Shown here: in pieces, positions 37,810 to 50,186 of the stretch
How the letters are laid out: every line of letters starts with the position of its first letter
How positions within the stretch are numbered: position 1 is the first letter of the stretch
Assembly (NCBI RefSeq): GCF_004010195.1
Contig: NC_057725.1
Coordinates: forward strand, 57,258,323 to 57,322,322
Direction: 5' to 3'
Length of the DNA: 64,000 nt
From: Chiloscyllium plagiosum
Taxonomy: Eukaryota
Program-made: the position numbers and the translations under genes
The notes under the pieces: model-generated
Told to the model about the DNA's origin: nothing
The model's database searches: none
Seen by the model: only the letters and a program-made list of their open reading frames with translations

Positions 37810-38232
37810 TACATCACAATCTGCAGAGAATTGTGAACACAATCCAGTCCATCACACTAGCCATCCTTCCATCCATTGATTCCATCTACACTTCTCACTG
37901 CCTCGGGAAGGCAGCCAACAGCATCAAAGACCCATCCCACCCCGGTTATGATCTCTTCCAACCTCTTCCATCGGGCAGAAGATACAACAGCTTAAACACA
38001 TGTACAAACAGATTCAAGAACAGCTTCTTCTCCGCCGTTATTAGACTTCTGAATGGAGCTCTCAAATTTCAAATTTAATGTTGACCTCACTCTTTGTTCA
38101 GCTTCTCTGTCACTGGAACACTGTATTCCTCACTCTGTTCTATTTGCACTTTATATGGTATGATCTGCCTGTACTACATGCAAAACCAAACTTTTCATTG
38201 CACCTAGGTACATGTGACAAGAACATCTCAAA
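37810..38232 (+). mobile_element. Rex1/Babar-clade LINE 3' fragment
   Basis: LQRIVNT…KDPSHPGYDLFQPLPSGRRY…TNRFKNSFF…IRLLN is the characteristic Rex1/Babar ORF C-terminus, followed by a 3'UTR. Confidence 0.85.
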
Positions 38233-39059
38233 TAATCTTTCATGGTCATGTTATCGTTGGAGGCTTCCTTATGCAATAATTCATTTGATTAATAAATTGA
38301 ATTCAAATCTCCCAGCTCCCAAAGTGAGATCATGAAGTCATGTACGGAGATCATTAATCCAGGCACTGGAGTTTGCTGATCCAGTTACTGAGCCCATTGT
38401 TAGGAATAAACAGCGTTTGATTAATGAGCTGAGTAGGCCCCTTCTTTGCAGTAAGCTTCTGTGATTGGCTTCACTATAAGAGATGATTGCTGATTCCTGT
38501 GCTTTGTTCCTAACCTGAGGGTAACATTACATCTGGATCAGTCCAGTGCATAGTCGTCTTCCTTCCTGAATGGGTGGCCAGTACAGTTGGTGCTGTTGTT
38601 GACAGCTATGTTGAAAGATTGACAATCTCAATGTAACCATTGTGTGTTCTTTTAAATGATGACCAGCACATAATCTCATTTTTTTTCTGTTTTTGCTTAT
38701 CTCCGCTGGGATTTAACAGAAAATTAAATGTGATATTAATGACTCTTGCATGATATCTAAAACCGGCTTTGGGAGCTTTGAATTCTGTCTAAACTTATTT
38801 CTTCTGAAGAGATATTCATTTTTAGCAACTTTTATACGGGTGATGCGTTGGTTCACATGCCATCTGAATGCTGGCTCTAAGCATTTGAACTGTTGAAACT
38901 GAGACTCTTTGCCCCTGTGCCAGATAGACTCTGCGAGAGTGCAGAGGGAGAATGGATGAGAATGAAGTTGGCCTACAGCAGACATTATCGCAAATTGTCA
39001 GTCCTTTTCCACTTGCCAGCTTTTCTTGCTTATCACTCAGGACAAATCACACCTACCTC

Positions 39060-39192
39060 CTTATGTTTCCAGCAATGTGATTGACTCTCAACTGCCCAGT
39101 GAAATGGTCTAGGTAAGCCATTCAGTTCAAGGGCAGCTAAGGGTGGGCAATTAATGCTGGCCAGTCACGTCCCATGAGTGAATGAGAAAGAA
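39060..39192 (+). mobile_element. 3' fragment of the SINE/LINE family seen at 40340 and 47050
   Basis: ttgactctcaactgccc…gggtgggcaattaatgctggccag…cccatgagtgaat. Confidence 0.7.
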
Positions 39193-39423
39193 AGTACAAC
39201 AAGTGCCAGGTTTTACAGGATAAATGCTGGAAAACAAATAATGGATGGCAATCTTCCGGAAACTAGGCAGCATCATATAATGATTACAGCATTGAGGGAA
39301 GACATTTAGCATTGATGGAAGAGCAACTCCACTAGTCCCACTCCCCCACCACATCCTTGTAGCCTTGTGATGTTCCTCACTTTAGACAAGTGTCCAATTT
39401 TCTATTGAAGGTCTCAGTTGAAT

Positions 39424-39617
39424 TAAGTTAAAAATCACACAACACCAGGTTATGGTCCAACAGGTTTATTTGGAAGCACTAGCTTTCGAAGCACTGCTTC
39501 TTCATCAGGTGGCACTCCAAAAGCTAGTGCTTCCAAATAAACCTGTTGGACTGTAACCTAGTGTTGTGTGATTTTTAACTTTGTCCTCCCCAGTCCAACA
39601 TCAGCACCTCCAAATCA
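39424..39617 (+). mobile_element. Penelope-type fold-back element, family B
   Basis: Inverted arms 39425-39487 vs ~39519-39581, ~36-nt unpaired tail, approximate TSD tca(g/a)ttgaat. Confidence 0.85.
39477..39511 (-). ncRNA. Minimal type I hammerhead ribozyme motif, core intact
   Basis: Minus strand: CAC-CTGATGA-A-GAAGC agt GCTTC-GAAA-GC-TA-GTG. Stem I CAC/GTG, perfect 5-bp stem II, AGCT palindrome in place of stem III. Confidence 0.72.
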
Positions 39618-40339
39618 ATTGAATCTGTCCTCGCCATGTGCTCAGGCAGATCTGAAACATGCATGTGTAAAAATCTATAAGGTTTTCCTCAGTTCCCTGG
39701 TGCTTCTTCAAATCACCTGCATCAAATTTTCTCGACATTAGGTGAAAACCACTTTTTGTCAAAATGTCAGAAGCAAGAGAGATATTGTTCTGATGCCTCA
39801 GTAAATTTATCCCCAGCAATGCAAAACATGCAAGGCATCAGCCATGGTTCAGCGTGGGGGAGCATTGTCTCGGGATCTAAAGGCCTGAGTTTATATCCTA
39901 CTTCACTGATGTAAGCACAAAATCTAGACTGATGTTGCAGTACAGTCTGACAGCCCATTGCCATGCAGATGAAGACTGAGCGGCAGCCTGGGCTACTTAA
40001 TGGTGATTGATACCTGTGAAATGTTAAACCAGAATGAGTCAGCATCCTGCTGTAGTTAACAAATTAACAGGAAAGGAGAGAGATGGTTTAAGAAAGAAAG
40101 GTTGGTAGAAATAAAGCTAAATAATCCTCAACCATTTCAGAACCTGGTCAGTTGTATTATTTTTTTCTGAAATGTTTCCTCTTATTCTTTCTTTCCCCAT
40201 CATTTTTTTCTCACAATCTTCATCTCGTTCCCTGAAAGCTCCAGCTATTTCTGAGGTCCTGCAACTGTGTCCAGTACAGGAGCATCCTGGGACTTACATT
40301 AGGGATCACTCTCCTTAATTATCCACAGTCAATATATTT

Positions 40340-40705
40340 GGGCAGGCGATGGCCTGGTTATTATTATCGCTGGACTGTTAATCCAGAGATTCAGATACTG
40401 TTCTGGGGACCAAGGTTCAAATCCCACCATGGCAGATAGTGTAACTGAAATTCAATTAAAAAAATCTGGAATTAAGTGTCTAATGACGACCACAGATCCA
40501 TTGTCGATTGTTGGAAAAACCCATCTGGTTCACCAATGTCCTATAGGGAAGGAAACTGCCATCTTTAGTTGGTCTGACCTACATGTGACTCCAGACCCAC
40601 AGGAATGCAGTTGACTCTTAACTGCCCTCTGGGTAATTAGGGATGGGCAATAAATGCTGCCTAGCCAGCGATGCCCTCATACCATGAATGAATAAAGAAA
40701 AAATA
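40340..40705 (+). mobile_element. tRNA-derived SINE, second family, full length
   Basis: A-box-like tggcctggtta, B box ggttcaaatccc, 3' end gggatgggcaataaatgctg…catgaatgaataaagaaaa. Confidence 0.8.
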
Positions 40706-41659
40706 TAAGGCTTGGTTGTCTACATCAGGCATGAAAATTCTCCGGAGCTCACATATGCATTCACGAGGGGGCTGATGTTTTTACCAATTCGGTAAAGTTA
40801 TGTTCAAACATGGAGACTGTAAGGAATCTGTACATTAAAATACTTGGAATCTCTGGGATCTGAGCACACCTACAAAGATGAAGTCTGTATGGAATCTGTT
40901 GTCAAATATATTTTGGCAAGAATGCTATCAAAATCCTGTCTAGTGGTCTGCATGAGGACAATAAGTCAGTCTGGGGAGTTTAGTAGAATTACTCCACAGT
41001 TTTAACAGCTTAGTGACATAAAGAATGGGTTCTGAATGCACTCTATCTCACTATGGTATGACATGCCTTTAAGAAAGGTTTCTGACTGTGTTGACAGCTT
41101 CCATTTATTTTATCTGGAAACACAAGTAACTTGTAGTGATTCATTCCTGCACTGTTCATTTTCTCGTGATTACATTTAGTCACGGAAGCAGGAGGAGCTT
41201 AACTGTAAAGCACTGGCAGCCTCTGCCTGACTCTTTTGGGAAACCAGATGGTCGATGCCACATGCAATTCATGTCAGGACTAGTCAAAGCCTCACAAGAT
41301 CTCTGCTAAAACAGTTGGTTTTGAACTTGCAGCAGTTTCCATCTGCCATTGAAGTAAATGGGGAGAAAAGAGAGAGGGAAGATTTGCCGAGCACGGGTGT
41401 CTGTGCTCAGGAGATTTACGACTGATGCCATTTCTGAGTCTGTCACCCCTGGGTAAGATCAGGTTACTGAACAACAGAAAGCGAGAAGAAATTCCAGCGA
41501 ACTTAATCTGTGAAATAATCCATTGGCAAAGCTGTGTACATACACACATACAGATCCAGCACCAGCTATTCCATCCTTACTAGATGTGAGGTAAATTTTG
41601 TTAACGGCAGTGATGTTTAAACCTTCACAAACGTTCAATAACGAACATTCATGCATACT

Positions 41660-42025
41660 TAAACTCTGAGGCACTTGCACATAGGCATGCATACACAAAT
41701 ACAGACATGCATAGAGATTATACGGAGAAATATATAGAAGATATACATTCACATATGGATATTCACACACATACAAATAGACAGATGCAGACAAATAAAA
41801 GTGCATTCACACAAACACAAAGACATTTTTATACATAGACTCATGGACAAACTCACACACATGGAGAGATACATAGTTATACATACAGTTATCCACATAC
41901 AAGAAAAATGCATGCACACACTCATCCTGACAAATATATACACTCACAAATGCATGCACACATTTATTTGCACACACATACATACACACTTTGCGCCCAA
42001 CAGTAAACACACAGACATGTATGAA
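41660..42025. repeat. Degenerate (CA/TA)n low-complexity tract
   Basis: Long alternating purine/pyrimidine-rich run (catacacac, atacatag). Confidence 0.8.
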
Positions 42026-42555
42026 AGGCAAAGAGCCATTTGCACGTTATCCTGGAGGTAGAGGTGAATTTAATTATTTTTCTTGTCCTTTTTTTCTGTT
42101 TTTCCCCCTTTTAAAAATGGGTGATAGTGTTTTTTTCCCCTCAAACCCTGTTTCAGAAGTCCAATTTAAAATGCCCGACAGCAAATTCTTTCGGATTAAA
42201 ACAAAGTAGAGTTTATTACAACATTCAAAACTACAGAAATTGGTTCATGACACACTCCAAGAGAGAAGAAAAAAATGAAAGGAAAAGAGGTTATAAATTA
42301 CTGAAAAATCAAAAGATATCAGAATTAGTTGATGGAAGTTAAAAGTGCAGGAACTCAATGCCCAGTTGAGGTTCTTTCCTGGCTGTACACACAGGAATCT
42401 CTCTTTCGCTGGAGCTCAGACATAGCCTGATTGTTGGTGAAGATGTAGTATGTGCAAACTGGAAATTGGTTCACTTCACAGCTAGCACACAGGTGTCTTT
42501 CCAGAAAATAGACTTTTGTGAGGTACTGTGATCAGAGCCAGGTATTTAGCTAAGC

Positions 42556-43343
42556 TATTCCAACGAGCCACCACACACTGCAGCACAGACGAACTTCGGA
42601 AAACAGAGGAGAACCACCTATACAATGTATTCAAGAAGAACGGATACTCAAAAAATACAGTCCGCAGATTCCTCAAGAACAAACCACGACAAGCAGACCA
42701 AACACAGCCAGAAACCCTAACCACCTTATCATACATCAAAGAAGTTTCGGAAATGACAGCCAGACTACTAAGACCCCTCGGAATCCTAGTAGCACACAAA
42801 CCCACCAACACTCTCAAACAAAAACTAACAAACTTAAAAGACCCAGTACAACCCATGGACAAAGCCAACGTTATCTACAAAATTCCATACAAGGACTACC
42901 ACAAACACCACGTAGGACAAACAGGAAGAAAGTTAGCCACCAGGATACACGAACACCAGCTAGCCACAAAAAGACATGACTCTGTCTCCCTCGTAGCCAT
43001 ACACACAGATGGAAAAAAAGCACCTTTCGACTGGGACAACACATCTATCCTGGGACATGCTAAGCAAAAACATGCCAGAGAATTCCTAGAGGCCTGGCAC
43101 TCCAACCACAATGCCATAAACAAACACATAGATCTAGATGCCATCTATCAACCCCTCAGAAAACGAACAGGAAATGACATCACCACAAACCCCAGGAACC
43201 CCATCCAGGAGAAAGATGTAAATAGAAAGGAGGACACAACAGCTTCGCTTCACTTGGAGTTCGCCACTCATGATGTTACCTAGCCAGGTAATGAAATGTC
43301 TGGATATCAAACCTACAGCTCAGCGAGCAAACCTACACCCTAA
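42556..43343 (+). mobile_element. 5'-truncated Penelope-like retroelement (RT thumb + GIY-YIG endonuclease + 3' pLTR)
   Basis: Open frame with FKKNGY, NVIYKIP…HVGQTGR…RIHEH…FDW…AREFLEAWH…IN; perfect 12-bp TSD ATTTAGCTAAGC at 42544-42555 and 43344-43355. Confidence 0.93.
43264..43303 (+). ncRNA. Decayed minimal hammerhead motif in the Penelope 3' repeat
   Basis: CCA-CTcATGA-T-GTTACCT agcc AGGTAAT-GAAAtGTC-TGG. Stems I and II are intact; the core has G5>C and a CpG-type change. Confidence 0.62.
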
Positions 43344-43799
43344 ATTTAGCTAAGCCTGGAAGTGTTTACGATGATACAACCGGATGAATGAAAAGTCAAA
43401 GGTGTTTGATTAAAAGTGATTTTAAACAAACGAATAGTTTCAGGCATGAAGCAAACAAGGCAGTTTTGATGTTCCCTCATTCACAAACTATCATGTGTAG
43501 AAGATGACTATGCAGAAACTTGAACAATCGTGGGTTACAGTTTTTCAGAACTGGCTGATATACACACCTTGTTTATTGGTCCTTTCAGTTGGGTTGGCTA
43601 TAATGGTCATACAATGCAAGGTACATCACTTTCCAGAACCATTATGTGAGGGTTGGTTGTCTGGTTACTGCAGGGTAGAACTTTGAGAAATTGTGGTCAA
43701 TTGGCATCACGTGATCAAAGGTGTTCATGTCAGTCCAGTAAAGTGTTAATATTTAAGAAAATTTAAGGAATAGGATATTGTTATAAAGAACACCTGAGC

Positions 43800-44115
43800 A
43801 TTACAATACATAGAATACACATACAGACATACACATAGGTACACTGAAATGGAGACAGACTTGCACAGACTACAGATCCACATGTACAAATGCACAAATA
43901 AGGATACATACATAGGTGCTCACATAAGAGATACATGAACGCCCACACAGATATATAGAATCTGATACATGACTTACACCAGCAAAAATGCTGACATAAG
44001 TGCATGCATGCAAGTGAATGTACCTACAACTATACATTCACACAGATCCATGTTCGCAAACATATGTATATGCACACATGCCTATACACATGCACGCAAA
44101 TGCACATGTGTATAC
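43800..44115. repeat. Degenerate (CA/TA)n low-complexity tract
   Basis: Same composition as 41660-42025. Confidence 0.78.
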
Positions 44116-44619
44116 TTCAGATAAGGCAAACATGTAAGGGTGTCGAGATTTACTGATACGGGATCATAAATTCAACAATAATGTCTTGCCCTGTGTTTTG
44201 GGTCAATCCTCTACCTGTCCTGACAGACATAGCCTCAACTAGGCAGCGACAGAGACTGCAACGTCTGGCTTCTGTGTTTAGGGCTCAAGAGCGGGAGATG
44301 CAGTCAAGGGACTTGTTGCTGACTACTGCCCAGTGACCTTTACTGGATGAGTGATTATGTTGATGTATCAGCTGAGGTCTTGATGAAGCATAGTTGTATT
44401 CCACCACTATATGTGGAATCATGTTCATCAAGTATCAGCCAGCTGTCCAGAGGGAGGAGAAAATGGAGGGGAGTCAAATGCCAAAAGGTATTGGAAAGAA
44501 AGAGATTTTTTTAACACACATAAGATTTACAGAAAGATGAATGAGGTCCAGCAGTCAGGAATAATGTATACATTCAGCAAATTTCATTATATTCCAAAAG
44601 TGTTTCACAACCAATAATT

Positions 44620-44995
44620 GAAATGTACTTTTAAAATGTAGTCTATGTTGTTGTGTAGGTTAATACATCAGTAAAACCACACAAACACTGCCTTATAAAC
44701 AGGAATGAAGTGAGTAGCTAGATTATCAATTTTGTCTGCAAGATATATTTTGCCTAGAAAACTGAATTCCCATGTTTATCCATCAATATTGCAATGGGAT
44801 CTTTTATATCTGACTGAGAGGACAGATCCGGCCTTGGTTTAATATCTCATGTAAACAAAAGTGAGTACAGCACTTCCTCAGCAATGAATTGAAGTATGAG
44901 TCTGGATTGTGTTTTTGAGCCTCCAGTGTGGGGCTGGAACCCACATCTTCAGGACTGTCAAGTGAGAGCTATACCAACTGAGTAAAAGCCTGACA
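44620..44995 (-). mobile_element. Deu-domain SINE, near full length, decayed
   Basis: atgggatcttttatatctgactgagaggacagatccggccttggtttaatatctcat (antisense Deu core); tRNA-like head at right (ggaaccc…ccaactgag). A more decayed copy lies at ~45290-45640. Confidence 0.65.
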
Positions 44996-45810
44996 CCAAA
45001 TTCCACTTTGCACGATGGATACCTGTGAAAAGTCAAAAGCAGTCTCCAATACATATCACATGTAGTTGTAATAGCTTATTTCAAGTTTATTTTTAGGGAA
45101 AACAAATTTAAAAACAATGCGACTAGTGGCTAGCTCCTGCTGATATTTAGTATGAGTCCTCTGTTAAAATCACACCAGTCATTAGTTGAAATGCTATAAC
45201 CCCATTTTCTCTCTTCTGGATCCTGGAGGACCTATTGAGGTAAGTTTCCAGTTTTTCATGGTGCAGATACTCGTGGACATCTGAAATCTGGAACGAAAAG
45301 AACTTCCATTTCTATATCGCTGTATCCAAATGATTTTTGGCTGATCTCACAGCCAATCATTATTGATTAAAATATAGTTGCTGGATCAAAACCAGAAAGC
45401 CAGTAGGCCCAGCAAAGACCCACATGCAAGAAGTAAGATAAATGATCAATTATTTGTTCATTGAGAGATGAATGTTACCTAAGAGAGACTAACAGAACTA
45501 TTGCCTGGGATTGTTTTGCATCTACTGCATCAGACAGGGCAGCTAGTTGAGTTGTAAACTGTAAGGAACCATCTGAGATAGTGCAACCCTACAGGGAATT
45601 CCCAACCTCTGAAAGTGATGGTGTAGAGTACAGAAGGTGAGTCCACCTGTGGAGAAGCCAAAAGCAAGTGACCATTATCATTAGAGTAACTAATGAATAC
45701 AAAAAGGAAATCCTTCTCTACATAGAGACCAGTGAAAGTATGAAGCTCACCACAACAGGGAATGGGTTGAAGTGAATCGTATGTGGAAGCAGTGAAAAGA
45801 ATAGCTTAAA

Positions 45811-46910
45811 TGACAGATGCAATATAATGTGGATAAATGTGAGGTTATCCACTTTGGTAGTGAAAACAGGAAGGCAGATTATTATCTGAATGGGGATAGG
45901 TTGGAAAAAGGGGAAGGGCAACAAGGTCGGTGTCCTTGTAGACCAGTCACTGAAAATAAGCGTGCAATTGTGGCAGACAGTGAAGAAGGCAAATAGTACC
46001 TGACCTTCATAGCGAGAGGATTCAAGTACAGGAATGGGGACGTCTTTCTGCAACTGATCAACCACACCTCGAGCATTGTGTGCAACCTTGGTCTCCATAT
46101 CTGAGGAAAGATGTTCTGGCTGTGAAGAGAGTACAACAAAAGTTTACCAGACTGAACCCTGGGTTGGAAGTTGACATATAAAGAGTGACTGAATCAGTTA
46201 TGCCCATTATAAGAATGATTCAGGATCTGATAGAAACCTATAAAACCCTAACAGGATTAGACAGAGTAAATGGGGAAAGGATATTTCTAATGACCCAGGA
46301 GTCCAAAACCAGAGGTCACCGTCTAAGGATAGGCCATTTGGGACTGTGTTGAGGATAAATGTCTTCATTAAGGAGTAGTGCACCTGTGAAATTCTGTGCC
46401 CCAGAAATCAGCCAAGGCCAAAACATTGTTTTCAAGAAGGAGTTAGATATATTTGTGGGTGGCACGGTGGCACAGTGGTTAGCACTGTTGCCTCACAGCG
46501 CCAGAGACCCGGGTTCAATTCCCGCCTCAGGCAACTGACTGTGTGGAGTTTGCACGTTCTCCCCGTGTCTGCGTGGGTTTCCTCCGGGTGCTCCGGTTTC
46601 CTCCCACAGTCCAAAGATGTGCAGGTCAGGTGAATTGGACATGCTAAATTGCACGTAGTGTTAGGTATAGGGGTAAATGTAGGGGTATGGGTGGGTTGCG
46701 CTTTGGCGGGTCGGTGTGGACTTGTTGGGCCGAAGGGCCTGTTTCCACACTGTAATGTAATCTAATCTAAAATCTAAAATTTCTTAGGGCTAAAGGGATC
46801 AAAAGGCATGGAGAGAAAGCAGGAACAGGGTTCTGAATTGGATGACCAGCTATGATCATATTGTGTGGCAGAGTTGTCAAATGGCCAAAAGGCCTACTCC
46901 TACTCTTACT
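45811..46910 (+). mobile_element. CR1 LINE 3' fragment interrupted by HE1
   Basis: ataaatgtgaggttatccactttgg (KCEVIHFG) … continues after 46779 to the 3' end ggcctactcctactc. Confidence 0.85.
46457..46779 (+). mobile_element. HE1-type V-SINE, young copy
   Basis: tggcacagtggttagc, ggttcaattcc, many intact CpGs, (taatc/aaatc) tail. Confidence 0.95.
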
Positions 46911-47049
46911 CTTAATTTAAACGAAGCAAGGTCACCAAAAAAAAATGGAAGGATCATCTCTTTTAGTAATATTCCTGCTTAAGGCATAAATATTAACCAG
47001 GCAATGATGGGAGGAGACTTGCGTGAATCCACCCAGAAGGAAATGAGCA

Positions 47050-47290
47050 GCAGAGGCATGTTCCCCTCCAAGCCACACATCATCCTGACTTGGAAATATA
47101 TCACTGTTCATTCACTGTTGCTGGGTCAAAATTACAGAATCCCCTCCCTAAAAGCACTGTGGGTGTACCTATATCCCAAGGACAGCAGCACTTTAAGGCA
47201 GCAGCTCACCATCACTACTTTCTCCATGACAATTAGCAATGTGAAATGAATGCTGGCTCAGACAACAAAGGCCACATCTCATGAATTTAA
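47050..47290 (+). mobile_element. Non-LTR retrotransposon 3' fragment
   Basis: gttcccctccaagccacacatcatcctgacttgg…cactgtgggtgtaccta…gcagctcacca…aatgctggc; homologous to 50550-50730. Confidence 0.7.
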
Positions 47291-47617
47291 ACTTTTTTCT
47301 TAAAAACACAGGCATCGATCTGTCGGGCTGATTGGTCTATTCTTCTGCTATGAGTTTACATCTTAGAATCATTGAATGGTTTCAGTTTTTCAACTCTACG
47401 GTGCAAGAACAATTTAGCTAGTCCCACTCCCTGTCCTCTTCCGTGGTCACCATGAACTTGTTTGTCCCCTTCAGATTCTTATCTAATTCCTTTTTGAAAG
47501 CCATGAGTGAATCTCTTAGCTGAAGCATTTCAGGTCCAAACTGTTTGCATTAAAAAAAAGAAAATTTCTTCATGTCAGTTTTAACTACTCTGCCAATCAC
47601 ATGCAGTTAATGTCCTC

Positions 47618-47950
47618 CGGCCAGCATGGTGGCTCAGTGGTTAGTACTGCTGCCTCACAGCACCACGGACTCGGGTTCAAATCCACTCATGATCTCCTAT
47701 ATCTGCATGCGTTTCCTCCAAGTGCTCCGGATTTCATTCCACAGTCCACAGATGTGCAAGTTAAATGGATTGGCCATGTTAAATTACCACATAGTGTCCA
47801 GGGTGGACACTAGGTGGATTAGCAGGCTAGGTAAGTTAGCCATGGGAAAGGGTTACAGGGACAGGGTAGGGGGACTGAGACTGGGTGGGATGCTCTCCGG
47901 AGGGTCAGTGAGGGCTGAAGAGCCTGCTTCTACACTGTAGAGTTTCTATG
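47618..47950 (+). mobile_element. HE1-type V-SINE, decayed
   Basis: tggctcagtggttag, gggttcaaatcc, cacagtccacagatgtgc. Confidence 0.82.
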
Positions 47951-50013
47951 GTTCTTCACCCATTTGCCAATTGGGACACGTTTTGCGTATCTCCTCCGAA
48001 AGGCCTCTCGTCATTTCAAAAGCTCGATTAAGTCTTCTCTCAGTCTCTCCCTTCCAAAGGAGAACAGCTCAAATCTATCCAGGTGTCCAAGCCCACCTCT
48101 CCTCTGAGAGATACTTGGGTGGCTCTGAGAAAAGTCTCTCTGTTCAGATGGTTTTAATGCCTTTCTTTGTGGATGTTACTTTAAGGTTTGCTGCATTCAG
48201 CTTTTTTCTGATACGAGGCATCCTTCCAGCCTAAATTCTAGCAGATTAGAAGATGAAGTTTGGAAGTTTTTTGAATATACTTAAGGATTGCAACCCTGGC
48301 ACCTTCTCCGGATTTTCTCCAAATGTCTGTTTTCTTCAGACATTTAATCCGGAAATTTTTCATTCCACTTTCAGTCCCCTGCTTATAAAGCAGATGCAGT
48401 GCCCTGATATAATGGAGCTTTTCCTGCTGATTTCCCTAAACTGCAAGATTCTGAGTCCTGTTTGCCCACTATCGGGAGCATGCCGTGACACGATTGTGCA
48501 TGGTACACCACTACCAAGAAGGGAGAAATCGCAATTCTAGTACATGGCTTCTACCTGTCGCAGCATGGCATGAAGAGAGTTTGACATTGTCTGTGTTTGC
48601 ATCTGCAAAGAAACATTCCAGATCACGGGAGAAAAAATTGTCAATGCTGGGAGACAGGGTGAGAAATTTTATAAAGTAGGCAAAGATTACTGCTTTCTCT
48701 CCCTGAAATGTAGGGAAGAATTGAAAAATGTTTGACTGTATTGATTGTCAATTCCTTGTAAGAACCCAGGCTGGGATTAGGTTGCTCCTTTAATCTGTAA
48801 TTGTCAGCAAGTGAATGGGTAATTACATGGGACTCTGCGTGATTGTGAATTGTTTGTTGGCCCAGTGTCGCTGGGTAATTGACTTCGAGAGTGGGGTGTA
48901 CTCATGTGTGAAGCATATTGCAGGACTTTTGTCACACAAGTGAATGCAGATAGAGGAAAGGGTCGCATTCATGAGGCCTCTATCTGTGACCTTACAGGAT
49001 TTTACAAAGATGGCAAACTCCAGTGGCAAATATTTAAAATGATTCAAACTTATAGTTTAGTTTAGGTGCCTGCACAACCCCATGCTTAATGAAGTCATCC
49101 ATGATATCTTACAAAGTGATGCATTGCTTAATCATCTGAAAATAGCACAAGAATCAACTTGAGATTTTAATAAAAGCTGACAATTGCTTTTTAACAACTT
49201 AGTAAACAGGGAATTTAATGCCAAGTATTTTCTCAACCTTGGTTATGCTGAACAATAGATTATTATCAAAGTGGATAATTGGAAGACTGTGCTATACCAA
49301 ATTACATTTCTGATCACTGATTAATAAGACATCTTTGATATACATTTGATCTGCATACTTAGAACCACAAAGTATTTGCTCACGAAGGAAGTGAGCAAGT
49401 CGATGTTTCCTGGTTGTCCTGCTCAAACATGTTGTCACCCACCTCTGGAGTGGTAGGACTGAAACCCCAAGCTACCGGTCAAGAATCGTGGATACTACCA
49501 CTGCATTACAACGGCCGTTAGGAAGTGAATAAGTAGAGTCGTCTTCAGCTGCTTCGTCAATGGCATTCCTTCTGTCATAATGACAGAATTGGGGATATTT
49601 GCTGAGGACTGCACAACATTCAGCATCATTCACAACTCCTCAGTTTGTTAGAGTTTTGATAAGTAAGGGGGAAAATGGTTATCCGGGTAGGCATGAATGT
49701 AGATTTGTGGTTATGAACAGAGTGGCCATGATCTTCTTGACTGGCTCAAGGGACTGAATGACCTAATCCAGATCTTTGTTTGTAAGTTTATATATGTCAA
49801 TATGCAGCAAGACTTGGAACACAATCAGATTTGGGCTGATAAGGGGCAGTAATACTTGCATCACACAAGTGCCAAGCAGTGACCATCTCCTGCAAGAGAG
49901 GATCTCAGCATCACCTCTTGACATCTGACAGAATTGCAGTTGATAAATCCCACACCATTAACATCCTGGCATTACTAATGAGCATAAACTGAACTAGACT
50001 AGCCATATATATA

Positions 50014-50186
50014 GCAGCATCCAAGGAGCAGGAGAATCGACGTTTCGGGCGTAAGCCCTTCTTCAGGAAGGGCTTATACCTGAAATGTCGATTCTCCTGC
50101 TCCTTGGATGCTGCCTGACCTGCTGTGCTTTTCCAGCAACACATTTTTCAGCTCTGATCTCCAGCATCTGCAGTCCTCACTTTCTC
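50014..50186 (+). mobile_element. Short Penelope-type fold-back element, family A
   Basis: Inverted arms 50014-50061 vs 50067-50114, end …cagtcctcactttctcc, TSD ctagccatata(t/a)ata at 49999-50013 and 50187-50201. Confidence 0.88.
50034..50069 (-). ncRNA. Minimal type I hammerhead ribozyme motif, core intact
   Basis: Minus strand: ttc-CTGAAGA-A-GGGC ttac GCCC-GAAAC-GTC-gattc; ACGT palindrome; stem I is very short. Confidence 0.68.

Noticed and set aside
42528-42555. Start of the 251-aa ORF as a true gene start (domesticated endonuclease)
   Set aside because: The GTG start lies in flanking DNA upstream of the TSD; the element is 5'-truncated and conserved residues appear mutated.
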